A DNA stretch of 63,080 bases, the filler included, from Chiloscyllium plagiosum (lineage: Eukaryota): the NCBI RefSeq assembly GCF_004010195.1. It is 4 parts of one record of this genome, joined end to end, with 100 filler letters (N's around TTAATTAATTAA, not from the genome) between each part and the next. Parts side by side here need not be neighbours in the genome. Positions count along the whole stretch, not along the records: positions 1 to 27,390 come from NC_057711.1; positions 27,491 to 51,955 come from NC_057711.1; 2 more parts are not named here. One strand, written 5' to 3'. A program made the translations under genes and the position numbers. Each line of letters starts with the position of its first letter. Position 1 is the stretch's first letter. This document shows positions 24,301-36,145 of this stretch, one piece after another. The notes beneath the pieces are model-generated. The model saw only the letters and a program-made list of their open reading frames with translations. It did not search any database and had not been told where the DNA came from.

Positions 24301-24904
24301 GGAACTGTTGCGGGAACTGTTGCCGGAGCTGTTGGCGTAGCGGTTGCAAACTCTTGCCTTAGCTGTTGGGAACTGTTGCGGGAACTGTTGCTGTAGCAGT
24401 TGGGAACTGTTGTGGGTAAATGTTGCCGTAGCAGTTTTTAACTGTTAGCAAAACTGTAACCATCGCTGTTGGGAACTGTTGCGGGAACTGTTGCCGTAGC
24501 AGCTGGGAACTGTAGCCGTAGCTGTTAGGGACTGTTGCTGTGGCAGTTGTTGGAACTGTTGTAGTTATTGGAAACCGTTGTGAGAAATGTTGCCATACCA
24601 ATAGGGAACTGTTGCCGCAGCTGTTGGGAACTGTTGTGGGATAATGTTGCCGTAGCAGTTTGAACTGTTGAGAAAACTGTTGCGGTAGCAGTTGGGAACT
24701 GTTGCTGTAGCAGTTGGGAGCTGTTGGGAACTGTTGCCCGAGCAATTGAGAGCAGTTGGGAACTGTTGTAGGAACTGTTGCCGTAGCAGTTGGGATCTGT
24801 TGTGGGAATTGTTGCCGTAGCTGTTGCAGGAACTGTTGTGGTAAAATGTTGCCATAGCAGTTGGAAACTGTTGCAGGAACTGTTGCCAGGTGTAGGGAAC
24901 TGTT

Positions 24905-27010
24905 AGAGTCATAGAGATGTACAGCATGGAAACAGACCCTTCGGTCCAACCCGTCCATGCCGACCAGATATCCCAACCCAATCTAGTTCCACCTGCCAGC
25001 CCCCGGCCCATTTCCCTCCAAACCCTTTCTATTCATATACCCATCCAAATGCCTCCACCACATCCTCTGGCAGCTCATTCCGTACATGTCCCTCTGCAGG
25101 CAAAAGTTGCCCCTTAGGTCTGTTTTATATCATTCCCCTCTCACCCTAAACCTATGCCCTCTAGTTCTGGACTCCCCAACCCCAGGGAAAAGACTTTGTC
25201 TATTTATCCTATCCATGCCCCTCATAATTTTGTAAACCTATATAAGGTCACCCCTCAGCCTCTGACGCTCCAGGGAGAACAGCCCCAGCCTGTTCAGTCT
25301 CTCCCTGTAGCTCAGATCCTCCAACCCTGGCAATATCCTTGTAAATCTTTTCTGAACCCTTTCAAGTTTCACAACATCTTTCCGATAGGAAGGAGACCAG
25401 AATTGCATGCAATATTCCAACAGTGGCCAAGCCAATGTCCTGCACAGCCGCAACTCCTGTACTTAATACTCTGACCAATAAAGGAAAGAATACCAAACAC
25501 CACCTTCACTATCTTATCTACCTGTGACTCCACTTTCAAGGAGCTATGAACCTGCACTCCAAGGTCTCTTTGTTCAGCAACACTCCCTAGGACCTTACCA
25601 TTAAGTGTATAACTCCTGCTAAGATTTGCTTTCCCAAAATGCAGCACCTCACATTTATCTGAATTAAACGCCATCTACCCATTGGCCTATCTGGTCCAGA
25701 TCCTGTTGTAATCTGAGGTTATCCTCTTCGCTGTCCACTACACCTCCAATTTTGGTGTCGTCTGCAAACTTACTAACTGTACCTCTTATGCTCGCAACCA
25801 AATCATTTATGTAAATGACAAAAAGTAGAGGGCCCAGCACCGATCCTTGTGGCACTCCACTGGTCACAGGCCTCCAGTCTGAAAAACAACCCTCCACCAC
25901 CACCCTCTGTCTTCTACCTTTGAGCCAGTTCTGTATCCAAATGGCTGGTTCTCCCTGTATTCCATGAGATCTAACCTGTCTAATCAGTCTCCCATGGGGA
26001 ACCTTGTTTAACGCCTTTCTTAAGTCCATATAGATCACATCTACTGCTCTGCCCTCATCAATCTTCTTTCCGGGAATATCTTCCCTCAGCACAGCTGTAA
26101 TGCTATCCCTTATCAAAAATGCCACTCCCCCTCCTCTCTTGCCTCCCATTCTATCCTTCCTGTAACATTTGTATCCTGGAACATGAAGCTGCCAGTCCTG
26201 CCCATCCCTGAGCCATGTTTCCGTAATTGCTATGATATCCCAGTCCCATGTTCCTAACCATGCCCTGAGTTCATCTGCCTTCCCTGTTAGGCCCCTTGCA
26301 TTGAAATAAATGCAGTTTAATTTATTAGTCCTACCTTGTCCCTGCCTGTTTTACTCACTTCTGTTCTCAGCTGTACGCATCTCCGATCGATCTCTTTCCT
26401 CACTATCTCCCTGGATCCCACCCCCACCTTACTAGTTTAAATCCTCCCAAGCAGTTCTAGCAAATTTCCCTGCCAGTATATTAGTCCCCTTCCAATTTAG
26501 GTGCAATCCATCTTTCTTGTACAGGTCACTTCTACCCCAAAAGAGATTCCAATGATCCAAAAATGTAAATCCTTCTCCCATACACCAGCTCCTCAGCCAT
26601 GCATTTATCTGCTCTATCCTCCTATTCCTGCCCTCACTGGCTCATAGCACTGGGAGTAATCCAGACATTACTACCCTTGAGGACCTTTTAAATTTCTGCC
26701 CGACTCTCTGTAATCTCCCTTCAGAATCTCAACCTTTTCCCTTCCAATGTCGTTGGTTCCAATGTGGACAATGATCTCCTGCTGGGCCCTCTCCCCCGTG
26801 AGAACATTCTGCACCCTCTCTGAGACATCCTTGATCCTGGCACCAGGGAAACAACACCATTCTGCTTTTTCTCTGCTGGCCACAGAAACGTCTGTTTGTA
26901 CCTCTGACTACAGAATCCCCTAACACAATTGATCGCTTGGAAGCCGACATACTCCTCATTGCATTAGAGCCAGTCTCAATACCAGAAACTCGGCTGTTCG
27001 TGCTACGTTC
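24905..27010 (-). mobile_element. CR1/HER1 LINE with internal deletions (ORF1 esterase remnant, EN start, RT, 3' tail)
   Basis: IVLGDSVVRG and HIGTNDIG (SGNH esterase); SGVPQGSVLGPLLFVIYINDL...KFADDTK (RT). Confidence 0.93.
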
Positions 27011-27390
27011 GTGGGGCGGTGTTTGCACAGTGTGTCCAGGAAGCTTTTCTAACTCAGTATGTAGATTGTCCGACCAGAGGGGAGGCCATATTGGATTTGG
27101 TACTCTGTAATGAACCGGGACAAGTGATGGGCTTGTTAGTGGGTGAACATTTTGGTGACGGTGACCACAATTCTGTGACTTTCACCTTAGTTATGGAGAG
27201 AGATAGGTGCGTGCAACAGAGTAGGTTTTACAATTGGGGGAAGGGTAATTACAATGCTGTAAGACAGGATCTGAGGAGCATAAGTTGGGAGCAGAGGCTG
27301 TCAGGGAAGGATGTCGTGGAAATGTGGAACTTTTTCAAGAAACAGATACGACGTGTCCTGGATATGTATATACCTGTCAGGCAGGAAAGA
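27011..27390 (+). mobile_element. CR1 LINE endonuclease C-terminal fragment
   Basis: QYVDCPTRGEAILDLVLCNEPGQV...GDGDHNSV. Confidence 0.88.
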
Positions 27391-27490
27391 NNNNNNNNNN
27401 NNNNNNNNNNNNNNNNNNNNNNNNNNNNNNNNNNTTAATTAATTAANNNNNNNNNNNNNNNNNNNNNNNNNNNNNNNNNNNNNNNNNNNN
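27391..27490. other. Artificial contig spacer (44 N + TTAATTAATTAA + 44 N)
   Basis: Identical 100-bp blocks at 51956-52055 and 59070-59169; the 12-mer gives stop codons in all six frames. Confidence 0.95.
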
Positions 27491-27598
27491 CGAAACGTCG
27501 ATTCTCCTGTTCCCTGGATGCTGCCTGACCTGCTGCGCCTTTCCAGCAACACATTTCCAGCTCTGATCTCCAGCATCTGCAGACGTCACTTTCTCCTC
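27491..27598 (+). mobile_element. Family B PLE terminus (hammerhead cut by the gap)
   Basis: cgaaacgtcgattctcctgttccctggatgc... nearly identical to 15522 onward. Confidence 0.85.
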
Positions 27599-27600
27599 AA

Positions 27601-27700
27601 AGTTCTGAGGAAGGGTCATTTGACCCAAAACGTTAACTCTGATTTCTCTCCACGGTGCTGCCAGAACTGCTGAGCTTTCCCAGCAATTTCTGTTTTTGTA
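27601..27700 (+). mobile_element. Short element with a hammerhead motif, family C
   Basis: AGUU CUGAGGA A GGGUC-AUUU-GACCC AAAA CG UU AACU at 27601-27638; 4-bp stem I; GAAA mutated to AAAA. Confidence 0.7.
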
Positions 27701-28182
27701 GCTAAATGCTTGATGACCGGTGGCTGACAGTATGTGAAAACTTTAAGTGCCTAATCCGATTCCTGGAATCTTTGAAGCAGCGATTAGGGCCATTGGGTGC
27801 GATTCTCTTTGGAAATCCCAGTAACCAAATACTAAGTCTAAGATCCAATTTGGTTAACAGTGGCAGAGGATGAACCACTAGTGAGTCTTCATAAGAGGAC
27901 ACACTTGTTTTAACAAGATGTTTTTATTGCATGATCACAATAAGTACAGGTTACATTGTCCATGTGTCAAGAGGATGAGATGCCTCTACCTACACCCATC
28001 AAAATATGTTGTTTGATACAGGTCACACTGCAAGTTGTCAGATGTTTACTGGCTTCCATTTTGACCTAGCTAGCTTCTATAGTGACATTATACCAACACC
28101 ATAAAGCCAAACATCATGGCCTATAAGTCTAAAGATGTTTGAAACTCATCTTTGCTCTGGTATAGTGAAGGTATGAGCTATT

Positions 28183-28540
28183 AGAGTCATAGAGTCATAG
28201 AGATGTACAGCATGGAAACAGACCCTTCGGTCCAATCTATCCACGCCAACCAGATATCCCAACCCAATCTAGTCCCACCTGCCAGCATCCGGCCCATATC
28301 CCTCCAAACCCTTCCTATTCACATACCCATCCAAATGCCTCTTAAATATTACAATTGTATCAGCCTCCACCACTTCCTCTGGCAGCTCATTCCATGCACG
28401 TACTACCCTCTGTGTGAAAAGGTTGCCCTATAGGTCTCTTTTATATCTTTCCCCTCTCACCCTAAACCTATGCCCTCTGGTTCTGGACTCCCGACCCCAG
28501 GGAAAAGACTTTGTCTATTTACCCTATCCATGCCCCTCTA
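28183..28540 (-). mobile_element. CR1/HER1 LINE 3' end
   Basis: (tagagtca)n tail; closely similar to 24905-25220. Confidence 0.9.
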
Positions 28541-28649
28541 CAAAATATATGCAGATGTACTTGCAGACTACTTATTATTACAGTTAAATTCTACAACATT
28601 GTTATTGCATGGATCCTAATAACCAATAACTGTGTTTTTACTCTTTCAA

Positions 28650-28990
28650 GGGATATGGGCATATGTCAGCATTTATTGCCCATTCTTAATCACCCTCGCA
28701 CATAATGGCTAGACAATTTCAGAGGGCAGAATAAGAGTCAAGCAGATCGTTGTTGTTCTGGAGTCACATGTAGGCCATACCAGGTAATAATGGCAGATTT
28801 TGTACTCTAAAGGACATTAGGGAATCGGAGGGACTTTTACAAAAATCAGCAATATATGTCATGTTCATCAATTCTGAGACTGGCTTTAAATTTCACATTT
28901 ATTAATTTCTTAACCCATAATCCTAGAATATTAGCCCATGCCTCCGGATTACTAGTAAAGAGACTTTATCATGATACCAATGTCTCCTCC
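28650..28990 (-). mobile_element. tRNA-derived SINE with a CR1-group tail (diverged)
   Basis: cagcatttattgcccattcttaatc is the reverse complement of the 32195-32540 tail. Confidence 0.6.
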
Positions 28991-29516
28991 ATGTATCCAC
29001 TTCTATGCCAGCTTTACACATGTTTGGACAATTAATTTCCTTTCAAGTGATTAACATACATCTATACTTTCTCTCCCTTCTTTCATTGTGTGCAATCTTG
29101 TATTTGTAAGCATTTTAAAACCTAATAATACTACAACTTATTCACCATAATTCACCATTCAGTCCATCATTACATTTAAAAGTTTAGTTATATTTAATAA
29201 ATTTAGTGGTCTATTCTTCTTCTGAAGTTTTGTGCACATAATCATATGACGTGAAAGAGAAAGGACTTTGCATCTGACTCCAACTCATTCTTTTGAGTGG
29301 CCTCAAAATCAAAATAGTCAAATTCCTTATTCTCTCAATATGTCAAGAGGTAAATTTAGGGTCATCTAATCACTATCTCTTCTCTTTGCTCTTTGCAAAC
29401 TTGGTCATGACTTTTAAACTTCCAACTCTTTGAAGAAAGCAGTGGTTTGAACATGTTGAGCAATCTATGGGAGGGTTACAAATATAGATATATCTCAAAA
29501 CATAGACCACCAACAA

Positions 29517-29810
29517 AGTGATGGCCTAGTGACATTATCACTAATCTGTTAATCCAGAGAGCTAGATAATGTTTCTGGTGCCCAGGTTCAAATCCTGCTG
29601 TGGCAGATGGTGGATTTTGAATTCAATAAAAATCTGATGGCCATGGAAATACCAGTGTGGTTCACTAATGTCCTTTAAGGAAGGAAACTCTGTAACTCTG
29701 TACCCTCTGAAATGTAGTTGATTCTGAAATGAGCTTTTGAAAATTAGGGATGGACAATAAATCCTGGTCTAGCCAGTGATAGCCTCATTCTGAGAATGGA
29801 TTTTTAAAAA
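29517..29810 (+). mobile_element. tRNA-derived SINE with a CR1-group tail
   Basis: tggcctagtg head, ggttcaaatcc B box, tail aattagggatggacaataaat. Confidence 0.7.
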
Positions 29811-29869
29811 CTCCACAAATATTTTTACTTAGGCATATTGGTAATGTCAATACTCCTCAGATACATATG

Positions 29870-30650
29870 CAGCAAGACCTGGACAACATTCAGGTTTGGG
29901 CTGATGAATGGTAAGTAACATATGTGCCATTCAAATGCCAGTCAATAAATCTCCAACGGGCAAGAATCTAACCATCAACCTTTGACATTTTATCATATTA
30001 CTTTACTTCAGTTCCAATGAACAGAAACTGAAATGGACAAACCATATAAATACTGTGAGCACAAGACTAGGTTAGGAACTGGGAAATCTGTGACAGAGAA
30101 CTCATTTTATGACTCTTAAAAGTCTAGCTATCATCTACAGGTACTAGTCAGGACTGTGATGAAATACTTTCCACTAGCATGGGTTAGTGCAGCTCCAACA
30201 ACTCTCGAGAAACCTGCCACCATTCAGGACAAAGCAATCTTTTTGATTTGCACACCATCTAACACTTGAACATTCATTTCCTACAACACAGATGTACAAT
30301 AGCAGTAGTGTGCGCCATATAATGATGCTCTTCAGTGACTCACCAAGTCTGCTTATAGAGCATCTTCCAAACCCACAACGTCTACCACCTTGAAAGTCAA
30401 GGGAAGCAGATACAAGGGAACACCACCACCTGCATGTCTTCTCTGAATGACACACCATCTTACCTTAGAAATACATCATTGTTCCTTCATTATTGCTGGG
30501 ACAAATTCCTAGAATTCCCTCCCAAACAGCATTGTAAATGCATATGCACCAGTTGGACTGCAGCAGTTCAGGAAGACAGCACACCCCCACCTTCTCAAGG
30601 GCATTTAGGGAAGGGCAATAAATGCTCTTACTCACGAATGAGTAAGAAAA
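29870..30650 (+). mobile_element. Old CR1-group LINE 3' portion
   Basis: Reads QQDLDNIQVWADEW*V; tail gcatttagggaagggcaataaatgc. Confidence 0.7.
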
Positions 30651-32194
30651 TATTGTAACACTTTAAAAAGTGTTCCTATCACCTACTTTTGCTTCTGTGA
30701 ATAGTTGTAGAACTAAATAGGATGGTAATCCAGTTTAGTATAATGAAAGGAAGGTCCCCCCTCTGACAGCTGTAGGAGGCTTGCATAAAAAAAATTAACA
30801 GTCAACTTTGATTTTGTTCCAAGTGGGCGTAGCCCATGACACAAACCAGCCACAAGTTAGCGCTATTTTTGAAACCTCATTCATCAAATTTGAAGATTGG
30901 TGATGTGGAAAGTGGACAGCTCAGATGATAACAGTGTGTAATTTCTTCTGAGATGGGGTGAGGTCATGCTTTCTATATACCAAAACACTGAAGTTGAAGT
31001 TAAACCTAGGTTTGTGTGTTTGATGTTAGCATTTTATCACTAAACAAGAGAATGATTTCAGGTTCCCAACCTTCGTATCACGGAAATAAATCAAAACAAA
31101 AGTAGAAGAGAGCAGAGGGCAAGGATGTTCACCCGATCTATTTCACCCACTGACTCATACGCAATGCTCACTGCCATCAAATCACACAAACTTTATTCTA
31201 AAGGTGACAAAGAAAAAAGTTAGCATTGTAAAAAGATGTTTTCAATTTTCATTCTGAACTCAAGGTAAGGGAACTTCAAGGTATCAATCTGACATGATGG
31301 CTAACATTAAATCAATCTTGACAGGGCTGCCTTCCACAGATAACATTCCTACAAACCCAGAGAAATAAGAGACCGCATCTCATTAATTATTAGACCATCA
31401 ATCCCCATCCTGAAGAGACTTTTCTCCTTTACTAAATAGTTAATCAACATTGGTTAGGTTAGCATTGTGTAAACCATATAATACTAATTGGAAATTAAGA
31501 TGTGGATTATTTGTTATAATTTGATTAGTCATAAGCAAAACACTCTGTTTTTGAGTAATCGATCTTAATTTTAACATAACTATTTGAGACATAATTTCAA
31601 AAACGTCCCTCAGATCTCCTATTTTTCTTTAATTAACAAGGTGAAAGATTCCAGACCACACAATCTGGTTACTGCATCCTTTAATTCTTATAACATCCAG
31701 ATAAACTTTTTTTCTTTTTCTGTTTCCTCTGCTCCAATCTTTAAATTAGAATTATTTTAAATGTTGTTTAGCCACATCTCTATATGAATATAACATTATC
31801 ATCATGCTTTTGTATTGAATTGTCTGGAAACAACTCTGGTCCTGTCATCTTGATTTAGGGCCTTATCCAAGCTTTTCTAATGTATTGCAATGTATTTGAA
31901 GCTATAGGTAGAAGGTAATAGTTTATATGGCTTCAAGCAGCATTACATAGACATGTATCATTTTCTTGGAAGCAGACAGTGTTAAGGGCCATTCCTTTAC
32001 CAGTGTAAGCTTCCTTATTGATATGATTGAAGAAACTCACATGAACTATGCAGTCATGATGGTATTGATTAGTATTGATGTATAGAGCCATGAACCATGC
32101 AATAGCGGCTTGCAGCACGGTCTTCCACAGGAAATTGATGTATAGAGCCCATAACACAAGCTAATTTTCCCTTTGTAGTGTTTAATATGGAAGG

Positions 32195-32540
32195 AGGGAG
32201 ATGATGGCTGAATGGTATTATTGCTGGACTATTAATCCAGAGACCAAAGTAATGTTCAGTTTAAATCCTGCCATGGCAGATGGTGCACTTTGAATTCAAT
32301 AAAAATCTGGAATTAACAGTCGAATGATGACCATGAATCCATTGTTGATTGTCAGGAAAAAGGTCCATCTGGTTCATTAATGTCCTTTCGGGAAGGAAAC
32401 TACCATCCTTACCTGTTCTGGCCTACATATGATTCTAGCCTCAATGTGGTTGACTCTTAACTGCCCTATAGGCAATTAGGGATGGGCAATAAATGCTGGC
32501 CTAGCTATTGATGTCCTCAGCCCATTAATATATTTTAAAA
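32195..32540 (+). mobile_element. tRNA-derived SINE with a CR1-group tail
   Basis: Homologous to 29517-29810; tail ggcaattagggatgggcaataaatgctggcctagc. Confidence 0.75.
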
Positions 32541-33479
32541 AAGAACTCTGAAATTTACAAGACAGTTATATTTAACATATCCTTGAAACTTAAGGTGAAG
32601 CAATATATTGTGAAGAAAGGGATGGTGAAGACATGTAAAACGCCTCAGCTTGGAGTCATGGCCCTTATGATTCAGTTGTCATTGGTAACAATCAATCAGA
32701 AACTCTTTAACAGCTTTGGTTATAAAACCTTTTTACAGCATCACACAAAGAAGAGGCAACTGCTGTTTGGGAGGCAGAGAAAATGAGGTTAAGGTCATGG
32801 AGAAAAAGGCAAATTGTTTTGTAATAAAAATCAAGCAAGATGCTTGTGAGAGTCCTGGCTCTGTTAAAAATCAGAACAGAATAAATTGAATTCTTGGAGA
32901 ATTAAGGAAAGGAATGCCACCAGGATATGCCTGAGTGGGAATATGAAAATCTGGAAAGCGCATACAGTAAGTCGAATGATTGTCAAAGGACACAGAAGTT
33001 TTAAATCTGATGCAGCATGGAGAAATTAAATAGTTAAGAGAGCTGACGTTAACATTGTGGGACAGTTCCTGTAATGTGACATATCTACTGGAAGTGAGCC
33101 ATTAAGTAAAAGTGTTTTGTGAAAAGCATATCTTAATTGCATTAGTTGGTCACAGCAAAATTACTTTTGCTTTAGTTTGATGAATTTGTTGCCTGTTAAT
33201 TAATGCTTGATCAAGAAGGTTGATTCCAGTTTGTTACAGTGAAAATCTTGACATGTTAAATTTTGCCCTTTTGTGCATTCCATCAGCTCATCTGTCCAAA
33301 GAAATTCATCTCTTTCTGAGCATTATCAATCTTTACCAGTATTGTAACAAATATTACAAACACGGTCCTCTTAATAAAGGAAGAAAGCAACATTTTAATA
33401 ATCTAATAGCATGCATCCTTAGATTTGTTTATCATATTTTCAATAACCTTTCATTGGGCAGAGTAAGCAATTTTAAAAC

Positions 33480-33576
33480 AAAACAGAAATTGCTGCAGAT
33501 ACACAGCAGGTCTGGCAGCATCTCTGAAGAGAAAGTGGAGTTAAGGTTTCAGGTCCAGTGACCCTTCTACAGAACT
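33480..33576 (-). mobile_element. Family C hammerhead-bearing short element (core mutated)
   Basis: Minus strand of 33539-33576: AGUU CUGUAGA A GGGUC-ACUG-GACCU GAAA CC UU AACU. Confidence 0.65.
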
Positions 33577-35111
33577 CATTTTGTTTTACGCAATTTTAAT
33601 CAATGGTCATATACAGCTATTTTCTATTTTATCATTACCATGAGTTTCAAAATTATTGTTCTCATATCACTGTCAGTCACCATCCATCTGATTTCATCCA
33701 TATGAATGAAAATTCAAATGATCACTATAACTAATGGATCATCAAAGCTGCAAGTTTAGCAATGATATTAACACCGAACTGACAGTATAAATTTTAAGGG
33801 TTCGAGTTGTAGAGTGAGTTCCTGGGACACCACAGTCTTGAACTTCTGATTCTGTATGAAATGAAATATAAATACAATGTTGTGTCAAAAGTTGATCTAC
33901 AAGTACTATGTGAATCTGTTGGACCTCCTGAGTTCTGTTTAAAACCACCCTGCCTAAAATTAAAAATGATTTTACTGTTCTCTCCAACTGAATAATAACA
34001 AACAAATGTCAATGTACCTGCCAAGTTTCCATGCTAAATGTCATCAGCCATCTACTTAACTCCTTGGATTGGCCGATTTAGTGTATTAGTTTTGGGGACC
34101 AGCCAAATGGACTACAGAGTTTTTGTTGATTAGTATTTTCCTGTATTCCCATCATAAGCTTATGCACTCCGCACCTTCCACACAGCTCAGTGTCATTGGC
34201 AAGTTTAAGGTACTAATATACACTGCTTTATCATTCTGAATAATGTAAACGTGGATAAGCTTTCATGAAATTCCAATGGTTAGCAGATCCCAGAGAGATT
34301 TTGTTTTACCATTTGACCATCCATCACCTTCTGCTTTTCACTACCAAGCCAATTTTAAGTTCAGTAAGGTAATTCACAATCCATGAGGCTTTCTCATCCT
34401 TAGAAATCTCAGATATGAAACATCGTCAAATACTTTTGGAAAATCCAGGTATATCCATCATCTCAATCCACAAATAATTAGTCACTTCTGCAAAGTCTTC
34501 ATAAAGCATGATCAATGGTTTCCATAACTCTGTTAACTCACTCTGATAACCCCTATATTGACCTACTGAGATCTTATTGATACGTAAGTGCTGAATTTTG
34601 CATCTATTGGCAAACTGCAACTTGTGCCAAGTTCTTTGGAGATTTTTTACTGTGACATCTAACATGTTTTCTTGCCATAGCTTGCCAAACTTACCCCATT
34701 CAGCAGCTATCCTGCTCCGATGGTGTCCCTTATGTCTAAGTCTGATCCCCTCTTTACCATTCGCTATTCGCCATTGCCAGGATATGCCAGAATTAACCAG
34801 CAATCCTTGCACTACACCATCTTCAAAAGCCCATTGTGCAGCTGAACAAGCTTTGCCAGTCTGGAGCTACTCTTCATAGCTCCTGACATTTGCCCCAGAC
34901 ACAGCAGACTTTGGGAACTTTGAACCCTGCTTTGTGGTAAGGGACCTGGAAGATTTCCTCTTCCCCTGGACCAAGTGTGGAGGCCATGACTCCAGACCAG
35001 GACACCCTGGTGCAACAGTCTCACTCATCTGGAGGAATGCACAACAATATAAGAGAAAATCAAAGGTCTTCTTCATTCTGCCACCATAAGAATCTTCACT
35101 TCGATAAAGGG

Positions 35112-35312
35112 AATGTTGTCATAGTCTTATCAGACTTTAGGGCTACTCTCTCATTAGAGAGGGAGAGATATCTGATGATGGTTTAACCTGAGGGTCAGCA
35201 CATCTCAGGCGAGGGGAGAGGTTGAGAAGCAGAATCCTTGATCATAGCTTTAGCCTGTGCAGGAATTGAATCTAGGCTGTTGGTGTCATCTGCATTGCAA
35301 ACCAGCCATCCA
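35112..35312 (-). mobile_element. tRNA-derived SINE (1956-2176 family)
   Basis: gttgtcatagtcttatcagac...ggtttaacctgagggtca is the reverse complement of the family body. Confidence 0.7.
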
Positions 35313-35839
35313 ACCAAACCATTTCTCTTCACTTCAATACTTCGTACTTACACTCTCTTTGCTACCATCTCCTACCAAGGGTCATGCTTTACTACTCTCC
35401 CTACTGTCTGCAATGTCTCCCATCACCCATCTCACCCACCACAAACCCTGCATGCCCTCTGCACTGCCTACATACTTGACCAGGATTCCTCACCACTTGC
35501 ACCAAAGGTAACAGCTGTGCCATCCACTTTTATCTCCCTAAACGGTTAACTGTGTCTCATTCCAGGAGGAAAACAGTCTATTCTAGGTCAGGACGGGTCA
35601 AGCTGGGTGGTATGCTTTCATAGCATTCAGCTCCACACCCCATATGTGGACAGCTGTAACTGACAACAATGAGAAGCTTCTTACTTTTGTGTCTGGTTCA
35701 AATGGCAAGCAAGAGAGAAGCAGCATGAGCCAAGTATCTCTGGCTGAGGGGGAAAAGCGCTAAAAAGGCAGGGCGATCACACTCAGTGATGCTGCGAGCA
35801 TCAAGTTGGCTCAGAGTGACAAGTTGATTAATGTGTATT

Positions 35840-36145
35840 TTTCCATTAATTCACAGGATGGGGACATTGGTGGCTAGGCCAGCACTTATCGCTCAGAGGG
35901 CAGTGAAGAGTCAACCACATTGCTGAAGGATTTGAGTTACATATAGGCCAGGACAAGGTTCACTTCCTGAAAGGACATGTGTGAAGTGGATGGGTTTTTT
36001 CGACAATCAAAAACAATTCTATGGTCATCATTAGACTCTTAATTCCAGATTTGTATTGAATTCAAACTGTACCATCTGCCATGACAGGATTTGAACCTGG
36101 ATATCTGAATATTATCTAGCTCGCTGGATTAATAGACTGGAATAA
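35840..36145 (-). mobile_element. tRNA-derived SINE (32195-32540 family)
   Basis: ggtcatcattagactcttaattccagatttgtattgaattcaaa...ccatctgccatg is the reverse complement of the family body. Confidence 0.7.

Larger units (their letters stand above)
17004..24904. repeat. About 7.9 kb complex satellite built from 10-12 bp subunits with a (C/A)(T/A)GTTG core; common 22-mer gcagttgggaactgttgccgta
   Basis: Read directly; degenerate left edge, homogeneous 22-bp block at about 19211-19380, right edge cut by a LINE 3' end. Confidence 0.95.

Noticed and set aside
17004..25011. Many long ORFs (up to 550 aa) rich in Q/T/A/N/C, resembling mucins, antifreeze or keratin-associated proteins
   Set aside because: They overlap in all frames and cycle through three reading-frame patterns because the modules are 10-13 bp; there are no splice or gene signals, so they are satellite artefacts.
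27435..27446. TTAATTAATTAA palindrome repeated three times as a biological motif
   Set aside because: Always centred in identical 100-bp N blocks, so it is an assembly linker.
31062..31264. Possible downstream FAM169A exon (ttcag| ... |gtaagg)
   Set aside because: Stops in the frames I checked before the donor, no recognisable similarity, and it lies beyond a contig join.
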